Source: a virus
Taxonomy: Duplodnaviria > Caudoviricetes
Strand: one strand, 5' to 3'
Virus record (IMG/VR): IMGVR_UViG_3300020045_006357
Span: 1 to 39,388 of that record
DNA: 39,388 nucleotides
Shown in pieces: positions 19,212 through 25,321 of this stretch. Each line of letters begins with the position of its first letter. The first letter of the stretch is position 1. The notes under the pieces are model-generated. The model was given only the letters and a program-made list of their open reading frames with translations. It had not been told where the DNA came from and searched no databases. A program made the position numbers and the translations under genes.

Positions 19212-19711
19212 GTCTATCAAATCACATCGTCTCAATCGCCCGCTCTGAAATCGGAGTCACCGAAGTCAACGGCAGCAACTGCGGGCCGAGGGTCAACCAG
19301 TATAAAGCCGCGACATGGCTAGATGCCTCGCAAGCATGGCCGTGGTGTGCAGCCTTTTGCTGCTGGGTTATCCGTGAGGCGATGACGGCTGCAGGCATCA
19401 AGGAGACGGCAGGATTCAAGCGGCCCCACACTGCCGGCGCGCTCGACCTTGAAAATTGGTCCCGCGAGCAAGACGCCAGCACATGGACAAAAACCCCGCC
19501 GGATGGGGATATCGAGCCGGGCGACGTGATCACTTTCCGATTCAAAAATGGTGGCCACTGCGGGTTCGCGATCAGCGCGCCGGATGCGGGCGGATACGTG
19601 GATACCATCGAAGGAAACACCGACAGCGCGGGCAGTCGTGAGGGTGGTGGCGTATTTAAAAAGCGACGGCATATCCGGGATATCCACGGCAGGATCAGAT
19701 TTCGAGTTTGA
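19208..19711 (+). CDS. Endolysin, CHAP-family amidase/peptidase
   Basis: PWCAAF, GHCGF, TIEGNT motifs. Confidence 0.88.
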   Translation: MSLSNHIVSIARSEIGVTEVNGSNCGPRVNQYKAATWLDASQAWPWCAAFCCWVIREAMTAAGIKETAGFKRPHTAGALDLENWSREQDASTWTKTPPDGDIEPGDVITFRFKNGGHCGFAISAPDAGGYVDTIEGNTDSAGSREGGGVFKKRRHIRDIHGRIRFRV

Positions 19712-19736
19712 CGCCGCGCCCGGTTCGCGCTATCAC
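19708..19736 (+). promoter_or_regulatory. Sigma70-like promoter for ncRNA/tRNA unit
   Basis: TTGACG-17 nt-TATCAC; spacer carries GCG-N9-CGC in the same register as the late motif. Confidence 0.7.
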
Positions 19737-19741
19737 TCCCG

Positions 19742-19801
19742 CGCGGCTTGAGGGGCGCCAAGTAGCTCTTGGTAAGGTTAGCGCCCGTCCCGATAGCCGC
19801 G
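19742..19801 (+). ncRNA. Putative structured small RNA upstream of tRNA-Gly
   Basis: Nested stems CGCGGCT/AGCCGCG, GGGCGC/GCGCCC, CCAAG/CTTGG starting at the predicted +1. Confidence 0.45.
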
Positions 19802-19810
19802 ATATTTTCA

Positions 19811-19885
19811 GCGCGTGTAACTCAACGGTAGAGTGTCAGTTTTCCAAACTGGATGTTCTCGGTTCGAATCCGAGCATGCGCTCCA
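19811..19885 (+). tRNA. tRNA-Gly(TCC) with encoded CCA
   Basis: Full cloverleaf: GCGCGTG/CATGCGC, ACTC/GAGT, TCAGT-TTTCCAA-ACTGG, CTCGG-TTCGAAT-CCGAG, then T-CCA. Confidence 0.95.
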
Positions 19886-19930
19886 TTTTCGCCTGATGGG
19901 AGACCCCGTTGGGAGCTAGCCGAAAGACAG

Positions 19931-19964
19931 GCCCGCAGGACTTTGTAAACCCTGCGGGCTTTTT
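19931..19964 (+). terminator. Terminator of tRNA unit
   Basis: GCCCGCAGG...CCTGCGGGC followed by TTTTT. Confidence 0.85.
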
Positions 19965-19993
19965 CGCGCCTCCGATAAATTAGAAATGATTCC

Positions 19994-20022
19994 TTGCGGA
20001 AACCCATGCGCGCGGGTATTTC
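19994..20022 (+). promoter_or_regulatory. Early promoter with AACCCATGCGC operator in spacer
   Basis: TTGCGG-AAACCCATGCGCGCGGG(17)-TATTTC; spacer shared with the minus promoter at 24276-24304. Confidence 0.6.
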
Positions 20023-20051
20023 TTTTCCCGTCAACCAACCGCCAAACCAAA

Positions 20052-20417
20052 ATGAAAACGATCAACTGGACCACCGCCACCGGAGCCGCTCTTGACGTAA
20101 CCGTCTCGACCGGATTTGAGATTAACCGCCAAGGCATCCGCAAGACCAGCGGCGAAAAGGAAGTGATCATCACCGCCGCCATCAACGGCAAGAGCGAGCG
20201 CCATATGGGCATCCAAGCCGTCACGGGTCACGCAACCTGCATCGCCAAGATCGGCAACATCGGACTGACCGCCGAGACGCTGGCCCCAATCACCGCCGCC
20301 ATCGGAGCGGCCAAGGCTGAGATCGCCGCCCACAACGCGGCGCTTGCCGCACACGCCGCAAACCTCGACAGCCTCGGCAATGGCGACATTAACACCATGT
20401 TCGGCGCTGACGCCTGA
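20052..20417 (+). CDS. Early hypothetical protein
   Basis: ATG 20052 after A/C-rich leader; strong NNC codon bias. Confidence 0.7.
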   Translation: MKTINWTTATGAALDVTVSTGFEINRQGIRKTSGEKEVIITAAINGKSERHMGIQAVTGHATCIAKIGNIGLTAETLAPITAAIGAAKAEIAAHNAALAAHAANLDSLGNGDINTMFGADA

Positions 20418-20445
20418 TCCATCTAAAATCCCAACCAAAACAACC

Positions 20446-20667
20446 ATGAAAACACTGACCACCATCGTCTGCATCGCGGGAAACGCCGAGAAATCCCACA
20501 GCTTCATCCGCTCCCATTCCGCTAAAAAGCCGACCCACGCCGGAGCCGCCCGCATGGTCGCCAAGAAGCTCAATGACGACAATGATTCCGGCGGGGAGTA
20601 TCCCATGCTCAAACCGTCCGACATCAGCGTTTCGCGCATCGAGTATTGCGACTATCAAACCCGCTAA
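20446..20667 (+). CDS. Early hypothetical protein
   Basis: ATG 20446 after A/C-rich leader. Confidence 0.65.
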   Translation: MKTLTTIVCIAGNAEKSHSFIRSHSAKKPTHAGAARMVAKKLNDDNDSGGEYPMLKPSDISVSRIEYCDYQTR

Positions 20668-20713
20668 CCCAAACCCGCCGGGGTTCGATCCCCCGGCTAT
20701 CCAAACAGCCGAA

Positions 20714-20905
20714 ATGAACGACACTAGAACCGAAAAAGAAAAATACGAAGCATGGCTTCGCGCCGTTAACCTCTGCGCCCGTAACGGGTGGCAATACATC
20801 TCCTGCTGGATATTCCGCTCGCCATCTGGCACGCTGCACGACCTTTCGGCAAGCGATCTCACGCAACTCGACCGAATCGAGCGCGAGGGGCTGTCTCTGG
20901 CGTAA
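20714..20905 (+). CDS. Early hypothetical protein
   Basis: ATG 20714; WIFRSPSGTLHDLSASD. Confidence 0.6.
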   Translation: MNDTRTEKEKYEAWLRAVNLCARNGWQYISCWIFRSPSGTLHDLSASDLTQLDRIEREGLSLA

Positions 20906-20927
20906 CGGCGAAAACCACAATCCAGCC

Positions 20928-21203
20928 ATGAAACAAAAAAACGAAGCGGCCCAAGCAATGGCCCGTCTCAGCCACGCCGGGCCGGTCTCCGAAAAACGGA
21001 AAGCCAACGCCCGCGAAAACGGGAAGAAGGGTGGGAGACCGAAGAAGCCTCCGTTCGCATCGACGCTCCATCGCGACGGGACGGTCACCATCTGGAATAT
21101 TTACGCGCAGGAATGGGTGAGAACGGAAGCGCCGTCCGATCAGATTCTAGCCAGCCTGAGCCGGGACGAGCGCGACAAGATCGAGGCGCATCTTGCGAAG
21201 TGA
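20928..21203 (+). CDS. Small basic putative DNA-binding protein
   Basis: SEKRKANARENGKKGGRPKK motif common in phage proteins. Confidence 0.65.
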   Translation: MKQKNEAAQAMARLSHAGPVSEKRKANARENGKKGGRPKKPPFASTLHRDGTVTIWNIYAQEWVRTEAPSDQILASLSRDERDKIEAHLAK

Positions 21204-21211
21204 TACGACCC

Positions 21212-21238
21212 AGCCCGCTCCAAGCCGGAGCGGGCTTC
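21212..21238. terminator. Hairpin between convergent early gene and integrase
   Basis: AGCCCGCTCC-AAGCC-GGAGCGGGCT; weak U-tracts. Confidence 0.6.
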
Positions 21239-21241
21239 ATA

Positions 21242-22291
21242 TCACCGGAAAAACCGCTCTCCCGCCGCCTTAGTCACCGCCCGCCGATAGTGCCGGAACA
21301 GCGTAGAGCTGCCCGCAGCATGCCCCATCGCTTGCTTTGCAGCGTCCTCCCCGAACGCCGCCAGATAGTTGCTGCCGAACGTGTGCCGGCAAACATCGAC
21401 CATTTCAGCAATCCCAGAATCCCGCCGGATCCGCTGCCATTTTTTCCGCCAGCCGCTCGGGCAAACCGGGCCGGATTTCGGATGGTCGCCGATCAGTCGT
21501 CGCAACCTGGACGTGATCGGGATGTGCCTGTCACTTTTTGTTTTGGAGACGTGCCGAGGAACGTAAATCTCCGACTCGCCAACCGCGGACCAGTCGAGCC
21601 GGCCAATCTCGCCAGACTCCGAATCGGGACGAATCCCGGCAAAAATCAGCAGCGCGATAACCCGCTTCTCGTCAGCGCACTCGCAGACGCGCAAAACCCG
21701 CCCGGCTTGAGATGGCGACAGGATGTCGATATGCGACGATTTCCGGTGTCGCTCCCGGTAGCCGATTATTGCCGAGAGATAGCGCGCGCGGTTGTCGATG
21801 GTGCTGCGTTTGATTTTGGATTGCTCGGTCAAGGCGCGCTCCATTTCGGCGCGGTCAACCGACGCGCAGGGGAGCGCCATAAACCACGCAGGAACCCACC
21901 GCGGCAGTCTCCCCATGTCGTCGGCGTATCGAGGTGCCCACTCCTGCTCCATGGCCAGCATGGCGCGATCGTAGCGCTCCCGAAACGTCTCGCGATCCGA
22001 CTCGCTGGGCAGTCTCGCCATCGCCATCCGCGCAGCCTCCGCAACTGTTATCCCGCTGCCCGCAAGGATCCGCTCGGCTTCTTTTGCCTGGATCGCGAGG
22101 GTCGCCGATATCATCGACCCGCGAACGCCTGACGAGTGCGAGGCGCGAATGGATGCAGCGAATTTGAGCGCCTTGCTGCGATCTGGGAAATACCTCCGAA
22201 CTCGCTCGCCGGCGGGACTCATGGACGCAGGGACTGAGACCATCCATCCGCGGGAAGTTTCGACGGGGAGGAATTTAGGAGGCGCTGCCAC
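21242..22291 (-). CDS. int: Tyrosine recombinase/phage integrase
   Basis: AGIR (R), SKT (K), DVCRHTF (HxxR with H to D), MGH, HYR (Y); close to attP. Confidence 0.92.
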   Translation of the reverse strand: MAAPPKFLPVETSRGWMVSVPASMSPAGERVRRYFPDRSKALKFAASIRASHSSGVRGSMISATLAIQAKEAERILAGSGITVAEAARMAMARLPSESDRETFRERYDRAMLAMEQEWAPRYADDMGRLPRWVPAWFMALPCASVDRAEMERALTEQSKIKRSTIDNRARYLSAIIGYRERHRKSSHIDILSPSQAGRVLRVCECADEKRVIALLIFAGIRPDSESGEIGRLDWSAVGESEIYVPRHVSKTKSDRHIPITSRLRRLIGDHPKSGPVCPSGWRKKWQRIRRDSGIAEMVDVCRHTFGSNYLAAFGEDAAKQAMGHAAGSSTLFRHYRRAVTKAAGERFFR

Positions 22292-22324
22292 GGGCGGGGA
22301 TAAGGGATGCGGAAGACTTCCTGA

Positions 22325-22618
22325 TCAGCTGTTCTCGGAAGATTTGATTTCCTCCACGATGATCCGGTATTTCGGCACGCCATTCACTTTCACGTCGAGC
22401 GCGTAGCCGGGTTGCACGAGCTTCACCACAGAGTTCAGCGCGTCGCTCGTCACGTCCTGCTTGCCTTCCCTCCAGGTTTTCCCGTCCTTGCAGAGGCGTC
22501 CCACGAATATCCTCTCGGACAGCGCGGCGAGGCCGACAACCAACCGAGAACAAGTAGTCGTTGGCAACCCGCCATCTGGGGCGAGTTCGGGCGTTGAGTC
22601 TGATGGGGCAGTTTTCAT
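22325..22618 (-). CDS. Cassette 1 ORF, hypothetical (RIFVGR...KQDVTSD)
   Basis: ATG 22618 inside attC1 loop, overlapping TGA of upstream ORF (ATGA); part of ORF 22325..22759. Confidence 0.65.
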   Translation of the reverse strand: MKTAPSDSTPELAPDGGLPTTTCSRLVVGLAALSERIFVGRLCKDGKTWREGKQDVTSDALNSVVKLVQPGYALDVKVNGVPKYRIIVEEIKSSENS

Positions 22619-22660
22619 GGTGTCGGAGATTTGGTGTCGGCGGTTGCCAAGACAGGAGCG
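22332..22660 (+). mobile_element. Integron-type gene cassette 1 (329 bp)
   Basis: Begins at G^TTCTCGG (22331-22338), the exact reverse complement of CCGAGAAC (22544-22551, R'' of its attC). Confidence 0.8.
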
Positions 22661-22666
22661 TTCGTC
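22545..22666 (+). repeat. attC site 1 (122 bp)
   Basis: R'' CGAGAAC, 5-nt spacer, L'' GTC[G]TTGG, CAACC[C]GCC...GGC GGTTG, L' CCAAGAC, 6-nt spacer, R' GTTCGTC. Confidence 0.82.
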
Positions 22667-22950
22667 CGGCGGAATGCCCGTGGGTGCAGTATCTGTTCGC
22701 GGGGATGACGGTCGGCGTGATCTAGCCCCCAATACATCCGTGCATGAAGGCGGGTCCACGACTGCCCCTCGTCAATCCGGGTGATGGTGCATGATCTCCA
22801 TTGGCCTTCTCCACGGTAGCCATCCCACAGGTATTCCAGCGTTTCGCCCACGGTCGGCTTGATCGTTTTGTCAGCCTTGGCCGCAAGTTCCTGCCACGGA
22901 CGAACAAGGGAGCGCATACGACCCGGAGAAGCTTTTCTGTTACTTTTCAT
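22615..22950 (-). CDS. Cassette 2 ORF, hypothetical
   Basis: ATG 22950 inside attC2 loop; reads through the right arm of attC1 and stops in the attC1 loop; part of ORF 22615..23109. Confidence 0.6.
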   Translation of the reverse strand: MKSNRKASPGRMRSLVRPWQELAAKADKTIKPTVGETLEYLWDGYRGEGQWRSCTITRIDEGQSWTRLHARMYWGLDHADRHPREQILHPRAFRRTNAPVLATADTKSPTP

Positions 22951-22988
22951 TGGCTTGATCTTTCGCTCCGGGCGCATGGCCCCCAGCG
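22661..22988 (+). mobile_element. Integron-type gene cassette 2 (328 bp)
   Basis: Begins at G^TTCGTCCG (22660-22668), the exact reverse complement of CGGACGAAC (22897-22905). Confidence 0.78.
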
Positions 22989-22994
22989 CTCGGT
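22899..22994 (+). repeat. attC site 2 (96 bp; R' reads GCT)
   Basis: R'' GACGAAC, spacer AAGGG, L'' AGC[G]CATA, CG[A]CCCGGAG...CTCCGGGCG, L' CATGGCC, spacer CCCAGC, G^CTCGGT; L-box mismatches become G.T on the bottom strand. Confidence 0.72.
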
Positions 22995-23040
22995 CAGCGG
23001 AATCACTCTCCATAATACTAGCTGGAAAGCAATAATATTT

Positions 23041-23235
23041 GTCGCCACTATCGCCACATCGCAGAACGATGAGGAAGGAAACATGAGCAATCATGCATTG
23101 GAAAATCAACAGATTGGGGAGCCGGCTGAGGGATTTGAACCCTCGACCTACTGATTACAAATCAGAGGGCAAATTCATACGGCGCTAGGCGAATCGGCGA
23201 CGGGTTGAGAAATCGCCTCCAAATCGCCACATCGC
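23041..23235. other. attP region: tRNA-Thr(TGT) 3'-half core with arm repeats and IHF site
   Basis: Core 23118-23165; ATCGCCACATCGC at 23050-23062 and 23223-23235; AATCAACAGATTG (23104-23116) matches WATCAANNNNTTR. Confidence 0.85.
23118..23165 (-). other. att core = 3' half of tRNA-Thr(TGT)
   Basis: CTGA-TTTGTAA-TCAG TAGGTC GAGGG-TTCAAAT-CCCTC AGCCGGCTCC; D-arm and 5' acceptor strand absent. Confidence 0.88.
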
Positions 23236-24062
23236 GTTTTTTCTGGGAGGGATTGGGCTTTCCGCCGAATCTGATTAAGCTTCTCGCTCGCCCACTTTTT
23301 CAGAGGTCCAGTGTCCATTCCGTTCGCCTCGTTCTCTTCCTGCGCTTCTTCCAGCGAAGGGAAATCGGACTCGTAAATTTCCTCGTCATCTTCAGTTTTC
23401 TCACCAGCTTGGCACCGCTCCCGATACTCCGCGAATGCCTCTACCTCGTCCAGGACTTGGACGACTACCTCGCCAGCTGGCGAGCACTTGTATTCCGTCT
23501 TGTTCTCGGATTCCTCCGGCGTGTGCATCCACACGATCAGGCGCGCCTCTTGCATCGCCTTTGCTCTAGCCGCTTCAAGTTGAGCTTTCGTATATTGCTT
23601 TCGCCCGCCTTTCAATCGTGACGCGGCGTTTCCATAACAGAGGAATCGCCCTTCCAGTCGATCCATGACTTGTTGCCATGGCTTTTGCTCATGGTCAAAA
23701 TCATGGACGATGCCTTTGCTGATGCTTAAATTGCCATCCGCCCAATCAGAGGGCGACGCCCCATCGCTTTGGAGTTCATCATTGAGCTTTTTGATTAGAG
23801 CGTCCTGCCGCTTCAGAAGCTCGCCCGCTTCCAGCAACGCCTTCTGATTTGCCTGAGTCGCCTTCGTCATGGTTTCCAATTCGTGACGCATTGCAGTTTC
23901 TGCCATTTCAGCCCGCCCCACCATGTCGGAGGCGTCTTCGCATTCGGTGAGCAGTTCAAGCGCGAGCTGTTTAGAGATGAATCCGATGTATTGGCCCCCT
24001 GCGAGATTTACGTAATGAGCCTCGTCTTGATCGGCTCGTGATGTGTCTATTGGCGTTTTCAT
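23175..24062 (-). CDS. Hypothetical acidic/coiled-coil protein
   Basis: 295 aa ORF; 3' end overlaps an attP arm repeat. Confidence 0.7.
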   Translation of the reverse strand: MKTPIDTSRADQDEAHYVNLAGGQYIGFISKQLALELLTECEDASDMVGRAEMAETAMRHELETMTKATQANQKALLEAGELLKRQDALIKKLNDELQSDGASPSDWADGNLSISKGIVHDFDHEQKPWQQVMDRLEGRFLCYGNAASRLKGGRKQYTKAQLEAARAKAMQEARLIVWMHTPEESENKTEYKCSPAGEVVVQVLDEVEAFAEYRERCQAGEKTEDDEEIYESDFPSLEEAQEENEANGMDTGPLKKWASEKLNQIRRKAQSLPEKTRCGDLEAISQPVADSPSAV

Positions 24063-24113
24063 GGCTGCTTGGCTTGGGTATCGCCGAGGGATTGAACCTC
24101 GGCGGTATTTGTA

Positions 24114-24269
24114 TCACAGACCCATGATTTTGTCGATATCAGCCTTGGTGCGGACGATCTTCCAATATCCGCCGGTTTTCGCGTGGCGGACTTGGATCAT
24201 CGTGCCGTGGTCGTTGACTTCCATTTCGAGTTTGATCGCGTAGAGCAGTGCTTCGGTGGTGTTGGACAT
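24114..24269 (-). CDS. Small leaderless hypothetical protein (51 aa, not in ORF track)
   Basis: MSNTTEALLYAIKLEMEVNDHGTMIQVRHAKTGGYWKIVRTKADIDKIMGL; ATG 6 nt after a -10 box. Confidence 0.7.
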   Translation of the reverse strand: MSNTTEALLYAIKLEMEVNDHGTMIQVRHAKTGGYWKIVRTKADIDKIMGL

Positions 24270-24275
24270 GCGCAA

Positions 24276-24304
24276 AAACTACCCCTGCGCATGGGTTATG
24301 ACAA
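24276..24304 (-). promoter_or_regulatory. Leaderless promoter with AACCCATGCGC operator
   Basis: TTGTCA-TAACCCATGCGCAGGGG(17)-TAGTTT-TTGCGC-ATG. Confidence 0.72.
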
Positions 24305-24332
24305 GCGGGAAGTTCTAATTTATTTGGACGCG

Positions 24333-24376
24333 AAAAAACCCGCACCTCTTGGATTTCAGGTCCAGTCGATGCGGGC
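24333..24376 (-). terminator. Terminator directly after tRNA-like RNA
   Basis: CCCGCATC...TGGA/TCCA...GGTGCGGG followed by TTTTTT on minus strand. Confidence 0.8.
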
Positions 24377-24436
24377 TTACGCGAACCGGACTCGAACCGG
24401 CGACCAAAACGGTTCTGCCAACTGAACTACCGCGCG
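24377..24436 (-). ncRNA. tRNA-like RNA lacking the anticodon arm (~60 nt)
   Basis: CGCGCGG TA GTTC-AGTTGGCA-GAAC CGTTTT GGTC GCCGG-TTCGAGT-CCGGT TCGCGTA A. Confidence 0.8.
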
Positions 24437-24441
24437 CAGGA

Positions 24442-24470
24442 AGGATAGCGCGACGGGGCGCAGGCGTCAA
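24442..24470 (-). promoter_or_regulatory. Promoter of tRNA-like RNA
   Basis: TTGACG-17 nt-TATCCT; +1 falls at the RNA 5' end; similar to the tRNA-Gly unit promoter. Confidence 0.75.
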
Positions 24471-24474
24471 GGCT

Positions 24475-24897
24475 TCACTTCCAGACGATCAGCAGCGGCG
24501 GGGCTGGATTGAATTTACCGCTCCCCCGACACCGCGAGCACGGGGATTTGCGGTCGGGCGATTCGGATTTAACGTCCGGGATTTTGCCAAACCCGCCGCA
24601 GTTCGAGCATGCCGCGCCAGGTGCCGGGTGCTCGATCAGGAATTTTTCCCCGCGTTTGAGTTTGCCAGCGAGAACTGCCGGCGTGGTCCCGCGGTATTTC
24701 CGGGCGATGATTTCCGCGACCGTGGAGAATTTCGGCGAGTCGATCGGGATGTCCACCATGGGATACGGCGTCGGCGGCAGCTCCGGGAGCGCTGGGGCGT
24801 TGATCGGCGCGTCACGGTCCAGTTGTGGGCGGGCGTCGGTCTGAGCCGTCAGCGGGAGTGACATGGCGAGGAATAAGGCAATCACGAGTTCTTTCAT
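24475..24897 (-). CDS. Exported protein with DnaJ-type CxxCxGxG zinc finger
   Basis: Signal peptide MKELVIALFLAMSLPLTA; CSNCGGFG and CSRCRGSG. Confidence 0.75.
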   Translation of the reverse strand: MKELVIALFLAMSLPLTAQTDARPQLDRDAPINAPALPELPPTPYPMVDIPIDSPKFSTVAEIIARKYRGTTPAVLAGKLKRGEKFLIEHPAPGAACSNCGGFGKIPDVKSESPDRKSPCSRCRGSGKFNPAPPLLIVWK

Positions 24898-24987
24898 ATT
24901 TTTTGGCTTTTAGGGGTTATTTAATTTAACGGATCCGCAGATCCTGCTTTTATTACCATATGATTCTGGCAGACTGGCGAAGCCTGG

Positions 24988-25203
24988 TCAACCTTGGCGA
25001 GTATTTGGGCGGTTTGGTTTTGGCTCACGCCCTCCACGCCCGCCACGTTTAGCGTTGGCCTTTTCAAGGATCCACTGGGTCAGGAGCGCCGACATCGTGG
25101 TGTCGCTGTCCTTTGCGAGCTGTTCAAAGAGTTCTTTTGTGCTCGGTGAAAGCGACACGTTTTGGCGGGTTTTCCCTTGTTCTATACGGTTTCCTTGGTT
25201 CAT
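24988..25203 (-). CDS. Ribbon-helix-helix repressor-like protein (cI position)
   Basis: RQNVSLS-PSTKELFEQLA-...-MSALLTQWI: beta strand plus two helices; divergent to 25322. Confidence 0.72.
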   Translation of the reverse strand: MNQGNRIEQGKTRQNVSLSPSTKELFEQLAKDSDTTMSALLTQWILEKANAKRGGRGGREPKPNRPNTRQG

Positions 25204-25321
25204 GGTGCGCCCATTTTACCAAAAACCAATGCGCACGCAATGGATTTTTCGTGTGTAGTATTAATCATCGCGCATATTTTGTGTTGCTCGTGGATACGGC
25301 GTGTGTAGGTTTTGCGCATAG
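25204..25321. promoter_or_regulatory. Divergent immunity control region
   Basis: Minus: TTGCGT-16-TAAAAT with TG extension; plus: TTGCTC-16-TAGGTT with TG extension; several TGCGC/GCGCA cores including AACCAATGCGC. Confidence 0.6.

Noticed and set aside
18479-19235. Long minus-strand ORFs over the lysis genes as embedded spanin or antiholin
   Set aside because: No lipobox or signal; typical GC-rich antisense shadows
19893-19926. CTGATG...CGAAA resembling a hammerhead ribozyme core
   Set aside because: CUGAUGA is CUGAUGG here, stem II is poor, and no stem I/III with an NUH cleavage site can be built
21113-22132. 339-aa plus-strand ORF
   Set aside because: Antisense shadow of the integrase, Arg/Pro-rich with no motifs
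21242-22291. Integrase as an integron integrase (IntI) serving the attC cassettes
   Set aside because: Spacing between the catalytic K and the RH motif is short, with no room for the IntI-specific insertion; a tRNA-type attP with arm sites explains its role. An HMM search would settle it
23118-23190. Complete tRNA-Thr gene
   Set aside because: No D arm or 5' acceptor strand; it is the att core only
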